The notes beneath the pieces were generated by a model. That model was not told the DNA's origin and did no database searches. It was given only the letters and a program-made list of their open reading frames with translations. From IMG/VR virus record IMGVR_UViG_2778261069_000010: DNA of 8,747 nt. One strand, 5' to 3'. Source of the stretch: a virus. Taxonomy: Duplodnaviria; Heunggongvirae; Uroviricota; Caudoviricetes. Numbering within the stretch: position 1 is the first letter of the stretch; every line of letters begins with the position of its first letter. Below, in pieces: positions 1 to 7,268 of the stretch. Both the position numbers and the translations under genes were made by a program.

Positions 1-369
1 GTGAAGGCTAATGAAACAACCGAAGCAATATTGATTATCGCAGGACTTTGGATGATAAAAAAAGTCAATTACATTTCTATTGAGATATTCAATGAAACAT
101 TCGACAACTTACGTTCTCGAGTGGAGTCCGCTTTCGATAAGTATTTAAAGTTTGAAGAAAATAAAGAAATCAAAGATAATGCAGATAGTATTAAGAGTAG
201 CATTACAGGTTTGATTGATAAAGCTAAAAAAAGGATGAGAACTGTTAAATATCTCGCATCAGCCATGTTTTATGGAGGCCTTATTTACGTTGGATATAAA
301 CAGTTCCCAGTCTTTTTTGAAAAATCGGCAGTAAATCTATTTTATTTTTTATGCCATACTATAAGCTAA
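1..369 (+). CDS. Hypothetical protein, probably 5'-partial (frame open to window edge); AT-rich moron-like gene convergent with Q
   Basis: At least 122 codons stay open in markedly AT-rich DNA, where stop codons are frequent by chance. The stop at 367-369 overlaps the 3' end of Q by 21 bp. The product has hydrophobic stretches (AILIIAGLWMI, YLASAMFYGGLIYVGY) between K/E-rich segments. No family recognised. Confidence 0.45.
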   Translation: MKANETTEAILIIAGLWMIKKVNYISIEIFNETFDNLRSRVESAFDKYLKFEENKEIKDNADSIKSSITGLIDKAKKRMRTVKYLASAMFYGGLIYVGYKQFPVFFEKSAVNLFYFLCHTIS

Positions 370-705
370 CATTGCTAAACAGCCGTCAACAAACCCCATG
401 GCAGTCTGCAATTCCTTCCTAATTGTGCCATCTGAACATCTTCTCTTCTTGGCAATAGTGCGTAATGAGATACCAATAACAAAGTGAGCTATGAGCAGCT
501 CATATTCCTCTGGTTTATACTTTCGCAACCGAGCCACACAACCGTCTATCATGATGCCTTCATCATCATCACACTGGAGACGTGACTTTTTACCGTGTGG
601 TAAAAGTCCCTTGAAACCAGCCGCTATCGGCTGCCAGTCCACACCACTATTTTCTGCTGCAGCCCATGCTCCCCAGCGGTCCAATACTTCATACATATCA
701 CGCAT
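349..705 (-). CDS. Q: Phage late-gene antitermination protein Q (Q family as found in E. coli lambdoid prophages, QuuD/QuuQ-like)
   Basis: Product has the LDRWGAWAA...GFKG...DDD...C.ARL pattern I recall for prophage Q antiterminators. ATG at 705 is preceded by GGAGAAAG (6-nt spacer); the track start at 720 is a TTG. Position at the distal end of the nin-like region is as expected. Confidence 0.8.
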   Translation of the reverse strand: MRDMYEVLDRWGAWAAAENSGVDWQPIAAGFKGLLPHGKKSRLQCDDDEGIMIDGCVARLRKYKPEEYELLIAHFVIGISLRTIAKKRRCSDGTIRKELQTAMGFVDGCLAMLAYSMA

Positions 706-722
706 CAACTTTCTCCACAAAA

Positions 723-1718
723 TCAGGCCAGCACGCCAATTGCCAGCGCACGATCGATAAAACGAAATATCAGCTCCAGCTGGGAGCCATACTTCTCTTC
801 AAATGCCACGGTATCCGCATGCAGCTCGTCGTGATGCTTTCTGCACAAAGGCAACACAAAGAGGTCATGCGCTTTTGTACCCATTCCCCCCTGACCGTGG
901 CCTATCAGGTGGTGGGGATCATCAGCAGGCTTTCCACAACATGCACACGGCTGTGTCTTAACCCAGCGCGTGTACTTTTCATTAACCCAGCGGCGACGTT
1001 TTGGGCGTAACATAAAAGACTCCGGCGACTCCGGATCCACTTTCAGCGCCAGCACCTTTTTCGCCTTATCCTGGATGATGCTGGTGGCAGGAACCGAAGG
1101 CACAAGGTCACTTTCCCGGGTGACAGACGGCACAACAGGCTTCGGTAATCTCAGTGCCTTACGGGCAGCACTTTCCGGTAAGGCATCCGCCAGGTCATTA
1201 CGAATCAGCCACCAGCACAGTTCCGGCATTGTCACAACGTGACTATCATCAAAACCGAGATCCCGACGCACAACAGACAACACCCAGCGGGCACAGTTAT
1301 CCGTTGCCATTGATTCCAGCCGTTCCGTGAACTGATCGCGCAGCTGGTTATCGCAGTGCCAGCACAGACGGATTGCGCCCGGAGCGTGTCGCATTGTGGT
1401 CATGTTCTCGCTGTGCCAGTCGGAATGAGGCCACTGGCAGCCTTTTTCACGAAGTAACCAGCTTTCAAGACATTCCACGCCACCAGCACGACGGATCACT
1501 GCCTCATTGCGGAACACGGCCCGAACGGCAGGATCATCCGCCAGCGGTTGTGATGCCGCCGGAACGGCACCACTGGCGAAAGATGAATAACGTTCTGGCT
1601 CAGGCTCCAGCAGGACACGCCCCTGCATAAACAGGGGCATCAACTCTGAACCTGGCCTGAACAATACGATCCCCATACGCGGGGCAATTTCAGGGGTCAG
1701 TAGTGCTCTCACGGTCAC
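723..1718 (-). CDS. DUF968-like protein (YdfU-like), C-terminal Cys/His cluster suggestive of an HNH-like zinc-binding nuclease fold
   Basis: 331-codon ORF immediately upstream of Q, as YdfU sits next to Q in the Qin prophage. C-terminus contains CACCGKP...HHLIGHG...CRKHHDELH. GTG start at 1718 is 1 nt from the upstream stop; the exact start is uncertain. Confidence 0.6.
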   Translation of the reverse strand: MTVRALLTPEIAPRMGIVLFRPGSELMPLFMQGRVLLEPEPERYSSFASGAVPAASQPLADDPAVRAVFRNEAVIRRAGGVECLESWLLREKGCQWPHSDWHSENMTTMRHAPGAIRLCWHCDNQLRDQFTERLESMATDNCARWVLSVVRRDLGFDDSHVVTMPELCWWLIRNDLADALPESAARKALRLPKPVVPSVTRESDLVPSVPATSIIQDKAKKVLALKVDPESPESFMLRPKRRRWVNEKYTRWVKTQPCACCGKPADDPHHLIGHGQGGMGTKAHDLFVLPLCRKHHDELHADTVAFEEKYGSQLELIFRFIDRALAIGVLA

Positions 1719-1719
1719 C

Positions 1720-2562
1720 TCAATGAACGGTATCGAGCAGCTTTAACAGCTCAGGGAATCGGGATTCGAAGAAATGCGGCTGCGTCTCGCGCGGATTTGC
1801 GGGACTGGTGATGTTCTTGCCGAACATGCAGCCTTTCGCCGTCAGCGACCAGAATTTTTTGATGTTGTTAATCGCAGTGCGGCTGTATCGTTCACGTTGT
1901 TCAACGATCCCCAGCTTCGCCATCTGGTGATATGCCTGATTAGCTGTCAGGCGGATACCATACTGCTTCAGCAGTGCACTCAGTGACAGCGTGGGGCGGC
2001 TTGAGCCATCAGGCGCGTCAGCAGGAGCATCAATAGCATAGCGCGGTGCCAGATTCGGTAAGCCAACAGCTTCCTGGAGTTTCTGACAGGCACCAAGCAC
2101 TGATGAGTTAGACAGATTTAACTCCCGGCGCATAAAGTCCAGCAGAATCACGCCAGCCTGCATCTTGTCAGCAGCCTGCCCGGATAATTTTTCCGGTGTG
2201 CTGGTTACCATGTCGAAAGTACGGATCACCTTCAGATGGAATGACGGGCTGATCCACATTGCATAGGCATACACCAGTTCCTTACAGACATATGTTCCGC
2301 CATTCCGCCCTTCTATTTTACTGACAGGTTTACTACCCAAATTTTGGGTAGTTTCATTGAATGAACCGACACCCAGATTTTGGGTATCGATCAATTCCTG
2401 AACCAGCTCAGTAATCTGTTGGCTAGAAAGAAACTTTCCCGGCTCCTTGGTTCTGGCATTTGCACCAGATGCTACTGCTGCGCGATGCAGATCGTTCAGG
2501 CTGTAACGCCCATAAGCATCACGACGAACTTCAATACCATCAATGACCATCAGATTATTCAT
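1720..2562 (-). CDS. KilA-N domain protein (antirepressor/Bro-like DNA-binding protein)
   Basis: N-terminus MNNLMVIDGIEVRRDAYGRYSLNDLH ... GTYVCKELVYAYAMWISPSFHLKVIRTFD matches the KilA-N pattern. ATG at 2562 is preceded by GAGGAG (9-nt spacer). The track start at 2595 would overlap the rusA 3' end. Confidence 0.7.
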   Translation of the reverse strand: MNNLMVIDGIEVRRDAYGRYSLNDLHRAAVASGANARTKEPGKFLSSQQITELVQELIDTQNLGVGSFNETTQNLGSKPVSKIEGRNGGTYVCKELVYAYAMWISPSFHLKVIRTFDMVTSTPEKLSGQAADKMQAGVILLDFMRRELNLSNSSVLGACQKLQEAVGLPNLAPRYAIDAPADAPDGSSRPTLSLSALLKQYGIRLTANQAYHQMAKLGIVEQRERYSRTAINNIKKFWSLTAKGCMFGKNITSPANPRETQPHFFESRFPELLKLLDTVH

Positions 2563-2581
2563 ACTTCGTTTCTCCTCTTGA

Positions 2582-2971
2582 TCAGGCAGCTGCACCCGCC
2601 GTTTTCTCGTACTTACTGATAGTGATCTCGACCTTCCCTTCCGGGATAACCGGTCCCCATTCCACCAGCATTCTTTTCACCTGACTGTCGTCTTCCCACA
2701 CCCCCGCGTGGGTCAGGGCGTCAAACAGCGCCTTGTTATAGTTGTCCAGATCGCGGATCCTGTTATCCGGAGGAAACAACACGATCTCCACTGAAGCAGG
2801 TGCCGACGTTGGTTTCGGCAGACGACGTAACTGTTCAACTATTGCTGCGCACGCCGCGCTCTGAAATTTTCGCCCCGCCGCGCTTATCAGGCTCTTACCT
2901 GCAAACGCCCCTTTGTTGGGGTGTCGCCAGTACGTGTTCACGCTGGGCGGAAAAGGCAGGATAAGCTTCAT
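2582..2971 (-). CDS. rusA: Crossover junction endodeoxyribonuclease RusA (Holliday junction resolvase)
   Basis: Product carries LPFPPSVNTYWRH ... RDLDNYNKALFDALTHAGVWEDDSQV, aligning with the catalytic DLDN region of E. coli RusA. ATGA overlap with the upstream gene. Confidence 0.85.
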   Translation of the reverse strand: MKLILPFPPSVNTYWRHPNKGAFAGKSLISAAGRKFQSAACAAIVEQLRRLPKPTSAPASVEIVLFPPDNRIRDLDNYNKALFDALTHAGVWEDDSQVKRMLVEWGPVIPEGKVEITISKYEKTAGAAA

Positions 2972-3294
2972 ACTTTCAAGCCCCTCTCATGTAACCAGTG
3001 AGTTGCACGCAGCCTGGCGTTTTCCTCACCGGCAAGCAGTGCGCGGATAATCCCGACCGTCTCGCTGTCGTCGTCCTTCACTGCGGTATGAAGCGTTATC
3101 CCCCGGGCCACGCCACGCTTTATTGTGATGACGCCTTTTTTCTCCAGTGCGCGAAGATGCTCCACCGCTGCATTCACCGAACGGTATCCCAGCATGGTTG
3201 CCACCTCCTGATTGGTTGGCGGGAAGCCACGTTCTTTCTGGTAAGAAATCAGCATATCCAGCACCTGCTGCTGGCATTGAGTTAACGTCGTCAT
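2968..3294 (-). CDS. LexA N-terminal DNA-binding domain-like protein (winged helix, no S24 peptidase domain)
   Basis: MTTLTQCQQQVLDMLISYQKERGFPPTNQEVATMLGYRSVNAAVEHLRALEKKGVI aligns by eye with the LexA N-terminus (LTARQQEVFDLI...[35 protein letters not shown]). Start at 3294 shares one A with the upstream stop (TAATG). The track start at 3327 would overlap the upstream gene. Confidence 0.6.
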   Translation of the reverse strand: MTTLTQCQQQVLDMLISYQKERGFPPTNQEVATMLGYRSVNAAVEHLRALEKKGVITIKRGVARGITLHTAVKDDDSETVGIIRALLAGEENARLRATHWLHERGLKV

Positions 3295-3773
3295 TAAGCC
3301 CCCACGTAATTGCCTGGCAGATACCACTCTTCACCCGATGCCACGCACCTTTTACTTTTGCGTACACACCGCTCACGGCGCGCCAGAAAATTGTTTCGTT
3401 CTGACTGGGAGTGGCTTTCACGGAATGCCTCCATCCACACCGTTGCAGCACGACGAAATAAACCTCTTGACTCCAGATCTTCTGCCTGCTGAATCAGGCG
3501 CAAAATCACCCGCTGATCATTAGTGCCGACGTAGCTTTTACTGGCCACACTCATATGCTTCAGCACCGGCTCAGGTGGCAACACAGCCTTGCGAGAAAAA
3601 TGCCGGTGTGTTTTGCCTTCACTGCGATAAGCGACACGTCTGCACTGGCGTAACTTACTGGTCGTATTCAGTACACGGGGACGTGGAAAGTATGCAAACG
3701 CGTTCGCAATATCACCGGTCGTACATCCAGGATTGCTTTCAATGAATTTTTGAATCTCACTCATCAGGCTCAT
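3294..3773 (-). CDS. Hypothetical regulator with C-terminal PerC-like motif (LESRGLFRRAATVWMEAF)
   Basis: ATG at 3773 is preceded by AGGGGGTG and lies 2 nt after the upstream stop. The C-terminal segment resembles the G-L-W-R-R-A-A..W motif of the PerC/Pch family, recalled from memory and not searched. It occupies the slot where a P/DnaC-type helicase loader usually sits. Confidence 0.5.
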   Translation of the reverse strand: MSLMSEIQKFIESNPGCTTGDIANAFAYFPRPRVLNTTSKLRQCRRVAYRSEGKTHRHFSRKAVLPPEPVLKHMSVASKSYVGTNDQRVILRLIQQAEDLESRGLFRRAATVWMEAFRESHSQSERNNFLARRERCVRKSKRCVASGEEWYLPGNYVGA

Positions 3774-3775
3774 GA

Positions 3776-4582
3776 TCACCCCCTGAATCCTGCCGGGATC
3801 TGGCTGTAGTCCACATTGTTGTAACTGGCTTTGAAGTACGGGTCTTCGCATCTGGCCGCCGATACCGCAGGAACTTCCCAGGATTCTTCGAAATGACGAT
3901 CCGGACCAAAGAACGTGACAGCCTGTTTCACAAATTGTGTGCCGCTGTTACCCATCGCAGATACCCAGCCCGCGTAGCGTTTCACACCTTCCAGCATGGT
4001 TTCGGGGTTTACCCCCTCGTTCAAACGGGCTTTCCAGGCTTTGAAGGCCGCTGATTTTGAATTGCCACCAGCACGTTTGGGATATGCCAGCCATGCCTGC
4101 TCAAACTCCGGAGAGTATTCCGGTCGGTTTGAACGAACTCGCACAGACTCATCAGCAGATGCACCAACAGCTATTGGTTCATTGACTGGTTCAAAAGAGT
4201 GACTGGTTCTGGGTGAATCTCCTGCACTACCCCCTGGTGCAACTCCTGCACTACCTGGTGAATTTGCTGCACCAGATAGTGAATTATTTGCACTACCCCC
4301 TAGTGAATCTCCTGCACCATCAAGATGAAGAAGATAGATATTACTTGAGTTACCTTTTTCACCTTTCCTGGTGACTTTTTTTACCAGCCCGGACTCACAG
4401 AGGGCCGCAATATGATTCATCACAGAACGTTTGCTAATCTCGCACTGATCAGCGATATGCTGATAGCTGGGCCAGCACTCGCCCTGATCGCTGGCATTAT
4501 CAGCCAGCTTAATCAGAACCAGTTTTCGCAATGGATTTCCCACTCGAATTTTCATCGCTTTAACCATCAGCTCCATACTCAT
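3776..4582 (-). CDS. Replication initiator, lambda O-like: N-terminal HTH (replisome-organizer type), Gly/Ser-rich linker encoded by the iterons, distinct C-terminal domain
   Basis: N-terminus LRKLVLIKLADNASDQGECWPSYQHIADQCEISKRSVMNHIAALCESGLVKKV resembles the lambda O N-terminal DNA-binding region. The linker GGSANNSLSGAANSPGSAGVAPGGSAGDSP is encoded by the direct repeats at 4213-4325. ATGA overlap with the upstream gene. Confidence 0.7.
   Translation of the reverse strand: MSMELMVKAMKIRVGNPLRKLVLIKLADNASDQGECWPSYQHIADQCEISKRSVMNHIAALCESGLVKKVTRKGEKGNSSNIYLLHLDGAGDSLGGSANNSLSGAANSPGSAGVAPGGSAGDSPRTSHSFEPVNEPIAVGASADESVRVRSNRPEYSPEFEQAWLAYPKRAGGNSKSAAFKAWKARLNEGVNPETMLEGVKRYAGWVSAMGNSGTQFVKQAVTFFGPDRHFEESWEVPAVSAARCEDPYFKASYNNVDYSQIPAGFRG
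4213..4385. repeat. Putative origin of replication: five 21-24 bp iterons (core GTGAATCTCCTGCACTACC) followed by an AT-rich stretch, inside the O-like gene
   Basis: Direct repeats start at 4213, 4237, 4258, 4279 and 4303 (gtgaatctcctgcactacc / gtgcaactcctgcactacc / gtgaatttgctgcaccaga / gtgaattatttgcactacc / gtgaatctcctgcaccatc). AT-rich DNA follows at 4326-4385. Same architecture as ori-lambda within O. Confidence 0.55.
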
Positions 4583-4815
4583 GCAGCACCTCCGAGATGC
4601 TTCATGTTTTTTCCGGAGCGAAAGGCTATAAGCGGCATACTGACGCGGTAATTACGGCCCAGCGGTTCACAAATCACTTTCTGACATTCACGGTCAACCA
4701 GGCTAACACGTAGAACATGCCCTGCAGGCGTGGTGTACCACTGCCCAACTGTAGGAATTGATGTTTTTTTACGCTGAAGTAAACGGCGAATATTGAGGCT
4801 CAACGGATTAAGCAT
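4579..4815 (-). CDS. Small hypothetical protein, DUF4222-like
   Basis: 78-codon ORF. ATG at 4815 is preceded by GGAGGG (7-nt spacer) and overlaps the upstream stop by 8 nt. The W-Y...G..L.V.....C........Y pattern resembles small DUF4222 prophage proteins; low certainty. Confidence 0.45.
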   Translation of the reverse strand: MLNPLSLNIRRLLQRKKTSIPTVGQWYTTPAGHVLRVSLVDRECQKVICEPLGRNYRVSMPLIAFRSGKNMKHLGGAA

Positions 4816-5644
4816 GACGATGCCCTCCGCTGATATTCAGGAGACGGTGAATATGAAAATTAGCCTTATCCACCAAACGGATACGTTCAGCCTGCAAGTT
4901 AAGAAGGGTTTCTACCAGAACCTGATGCGCCTGCGGATCCGAAAGAGTTACCTTGCGCAGAGCACGTAGTGCAGTTGTTACATAACTGAGTTTATGTAAG
5001 TCTTCATCATTCAGACGAGTGAGGGCTGGGACAGTAGCCATGATGGCAGCCTCCTTGATCGGTGAAATACTTCCACCACCGGAAACGCCAATTTCGCTGG
5101 TGGTGAACTGAACGGGGTTGGCGTAACCGGTGATCAAGGAAACCGGCGCATCTTTCGATGCCCCCGCCCAGCCCACCATAACTTTGATGTGAGCAAATGC
5201 GGACGATAAAAAAGACGCTGGCGCGTCATATATCGCCTTGATCAATTCCAGGACGCCAATCCCGGCACCCGCTTTATAAGGTGCCTGAACAGTGTAACGT
5301 CCCGGAATGGCAGAATCAATGTGCTGGTGGTCCTTCACACTCAACAAAATCACGCCTGAATTTCCACAAAGGACTAAAGCACTCATGCGGGTAGTCTTTG
5401 CGAAGATAGATAACGCGCTGTGTTTCTGGCTCCCAACGAATAACATGAACATAAAGTCCTCTTCCGTCACGAAACCAGCGGTTAAGTTCCTGCACAACTC
5501 GCCCCCCACAGTCAGGTAAAGTTCTCTGTGGTTACTTACAGCCAGGTGATTTGGTAATCTGCATTCATGCCGTAACAACAGGTGTTCAGCGACGCTGACC
5601 ACCAGCTGTTGCGACAAACGGTTATTTGCCGTTAAACTGTTCAT
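4808..5644 (-). CDS. Hypothetical early-operon protein (278 aa), function unknown
   Basis: Long ORF with ATGA start/stop overlap to the upstream gene and GGAGA upstream. Normal GC content. No Walker A motif; no family recognised by eye. Confidence 0.55.
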   Translation of the reverse strand: MNSLTANNRLSQQLVVSVAEHLLLRHECRLPNHLAVSNHRELYLTVGGELCRNLTAGFVTEEDFMFMLFVGSQKHSALSIFAKTTRMSALVLCGNSGVILLSVKDHQHIDSAIPGRYTVQAPYKAGAGIGVLELIKAIYDAPASFLSSAFAHIKVMVGWAGASKDAPVSLITGYANPVQFTTSEIGVSGGGSISPIKEAAIMATVPALTRLNDEDLHKLSYVTTALRALRKVTLSDPQAHQVLVETLLNLQAERIRLVDKANFHIHRLLNISGGHRHA

Positions 5645-6204
5645 GCGTTAGTTTCTCCACAGACACAAAACGCCACGACGCCCGGAGCTGCACACTCGCG
5701 GGCGTCACTCTTTTCTGGAGCGCAAAAGATTTTGTAGACCAGTGCTGCATGCTCCTGGAGCTTCGAAATTGACAGATACAACTCATCATTAATTGCTGTC
5801 TGCTCGTGTGGCTCCACTACCCCATCTTCGATTGCCGAACGAATCTGCTTTGAGTAACTCCCGATCTGTTCGATGACTTCCAGCAGGCGCTGGTTGATAT
5901 CGGCGTTCTCTACTTCCTCAATTTCAGGAAGCGATACAAACACCCCACCAGCAGACTGTGCGACAGCATCCGCAATGTAGTGAGTGCCAGCCGCGCGCTG
6001 TAAAATCATTGCCCATCCCAGCGGGAAAATCTGATCGCCATCTGCACGAAGGCGGTTGAATAAAGCGTTCTCTGTTACATCCAGCCACTCAGCAGCTTCA
6101 GCGTAACCCCCCGGCAACGCCGCGATAGTTTTTCTGACAGCTTTCACGTACCACTCAGGCTGTTTTTCTACTTTCCAGTGATGCTTACCCACGGTTAGCC
6201 TCAT
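5641..6204 (-). CDS. CII-like / YdaT-family regulator (inferred)
   Basis: Second gene of the rightward operon, directly after a YdaS-type Cro-like gene. Contains an HTH-like segment (GGYAEAAEWLDVTENALFNRLR). Family assignment rests on synteny and loose resemblance, not a verified match. Confidence 0.5.
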   Translation of the reverse strand: MRLTVGKHHWKVEKQPEWYVKAVRKTIAALPGGYAEAAEWLDVTENALFNRLRADGDQIFPLGWAMILQRAAGTHYIADAVAQSAGGVFVSLPEIEEVENADINQRLLEVIEQIGSYSKQIRSAIEDGVVEPHEQTAINDELYLSISKLQEHAALVYKIFCAPEKSDARECAAPGVVAFCVCGETNA

Positions 6205-6235
6205 CGTTCTGTGGTTAAAAATTGAAGGTGTTCTG

Positions 6236-6436
6236 TTAATCTTTCGGATAGATATCCGGTCTTAAGTCAGATTTCGTAATTGCACCTGACGTGCATTGCT
6301 CAAGTTTTTTAGCCAGCACAAAACTGGCTTTTTTATAACCATTGAAAACCAGCCGTAAGTAGCCTGGTGTTGAGCCAACTTTGCCAGCCAACTCGGCCTG
6401 CTGTTCTTTGGTTAAAGAGTCCCAATACGCTTTCAT
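6236..6436 (-). CDS. Cro-like HTH transcriptional regulator (YdaS/Cro family)
   Basis: 66-aa product MKAYWDSLTKEQQAELAGKVGSTPGYLRLVFNGYKKAS...LRPDIYPKD with a typical HTH. ATG at 6436 is preceded by GGAGGT (8-nt spacer). Divergent from the CI-type repressor. The track ORF 6236-6739 is an upstream over-extension. Confidence 0.7.
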   Translation of the reverse strand: MKAYWDSLTKEQQAELAGKVGSTPGYLRLVFNGYKKASFVLAKKLEQCTSGAITKSDLRPDIYPKD

Positions 6437-6526
6437 ACAATATGTACCTCCGGTATACACATTACATGATTGAGATGAACCTTCAAGATACTTGTACCTT
6501 AACGGTACAAGGGTTTTAATTTCGTT
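6437..6526. promoter_or_regulatory. Divergent immunity control region (OR-like): operator repeats plus candidate pRM-like promoter for leaderless cI
   Basis: Perfect 8-bp inverted repeat CTTGTACC-ttaac-GGTACAAG at 6491-6511; ATGTACC at 6442-6448. Candidate -35 TTGTAC (6492-6497), 17-bp spacer, -10 TTTAAT (6515-6520), placing +1 at or near the cI ATG (6527) with no SD. The promoter for the cro-like gene was not confidently located. Confidence 0.5.
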
Positions 6527-7201
6527 ATGAAAACAGTCCATGACATCCGGCGGTCTAACGCCAGAAAACTGAGAGATGGTGTTGGCGGGAATTCTTCCTT
6601 TGCCACCATGATTGATCGCGAGCCAACCCAGACCAGCAGGTTTATGGGAGATGGTGCAACTAAAAATATCGGTGACAGCATGGCACGGCACATCGAAAAA
6701 TGTTTCGACCTGCCTGTCGGATGGCTTGATCAAGAACACCAGACAACGAACATCACAAAAAAACCTGATGTTTCAATCACTAACAAACAAATAACGTTAG
6801 TCCCTGTCATATCATGGGTACAGGCCGGAGCATGGAAAGAAGTTGGCTATTCTGAGGTTGATTTGAGCACAGCAGAAACTTATCCCTGCCCTGTACCCTG
6901 TGGCGAAATGACTTATATCTTGCGGGTGATTGGTGATTCAATGATTGATGAATACCGCCCGGGAGATATGATTTTTGTTGATCCTGAAGTACCTGCCTGC
7001 CACGGTGACGACGTTATTGCATTGATGCACGATACAGGTGAAACCACCTTTAAAAGGTTGATAGAAGACGGAACACAACGTTATCTCAAAGCATTAAACC
7101 CAAACTGGCCAGAGCCTTACATTAAGATCAACGGTAATTGTTCCATAATTGGTACTGTGATTTTCTCAGGAAAACCAAGGAGATACCATATTAAAGCCTA
7201 A
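6527..7201 (+). CDS. cI: CI-type phage repressor (HTH N-domain, S24 LexA-like autopeptidase C-domain), P22 C2 / lambda CI-like
   Basis: C-domain matches by eye: ISWVQAG (Ala-Gly cleavage site), GDSM (catalytic Ser), DMIFVDPE, TTFKRL (catalytic Lys), LNPNWP, NGNCSIIGTVI. These parallel P22 C2 (ISWVSAGQW, GDSM, ILVDPE, TFKKL, LNPQYP, NGNCKIIGVV). Confidence 0.9.
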   Translation: MKTVHDIRRSNARKLRDGVGGNSSFATMIDREPTQTSRFMGDGATKNIGDSMARHIEKCFDLPVGWLDQEHQTTNITKKPDVSITNKQITLVPVISWVQAGAWKEVGYSEVDLSTAETYPCPVPCGEMTYILRVIGDSMIDEYRPGDMIFVDPEVPACHGDDVIALMHDTGETTFKRLIEDGTQRYLKALNPNWPEPYIKINGNCSIIGTVIFSGKPRRYHIKA

Positions 7202-7213
7202 TCAATATTTATG

Positions 7214-7236
7214 AACCTGCTTCGGCAGGTTTTTTT
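7214..7236 (+). terminator. Rho-independent terminator downstream of cI
   Basis: Stem AACCTGC / GCAGGTT with a TTCG tetraloop, followed by a T-run (7230-7236), 13 nt after the cI stop. Confidence 0.7.
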
Positions 7237-7240
7237 ATAC

Positions 7241-7268
7241 TTGACAATGTACCCTTGAGATACATAAT
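7241..7268 (+). promoter_or_regulatory. pL-like sigma70 promoter with overlapping operator repeats (OL-like)
   Basis: -35 TTGACA (7241-7246), 16-bp spacer, -10 CATAAT (7263-7268). Two copies of AATGTACCC (7246-7254 and 7265-7273, 19-bp period) overlap the spacer and -10, as expected for repressor operators. Confidence 0.55.

Noticed and set aside
69-266. 65-aa hydrophobic minus-strand ORF downstream of Q (possible holin)
   Set aside because: The position and hydrophobicity are tempting, but it is antisense to a much longer open frame (at least 122 codons) in AT-rich DNA. Antisense reads of K/N/E-rich codons give spuriously hydrophobic peptides. Not excluded without data.
3026-3451. 141-aa minus-strand ORF overlapping two adjacent genes in another frame
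   Set aside because: It lies entirely within the LexA-like and PerC-like genes in an alternative frame; the product is Arg/Gly-rich low-complexity sequence typical of an out-of-frame read of GC-rich coding DNA.
6236-6739. 167-aa minus-strand ORF spanning the operator region and running antisense into cI
   Set aside because: Only the last 66 codons (from ATG 6436, with a GGAGGT SD) look like a gene (Cro-like HTH). The upstream 100 codons cross the divergent promoter/operator region and overlap cI on the opposite strand, so this is an ORF-caller over-extension.
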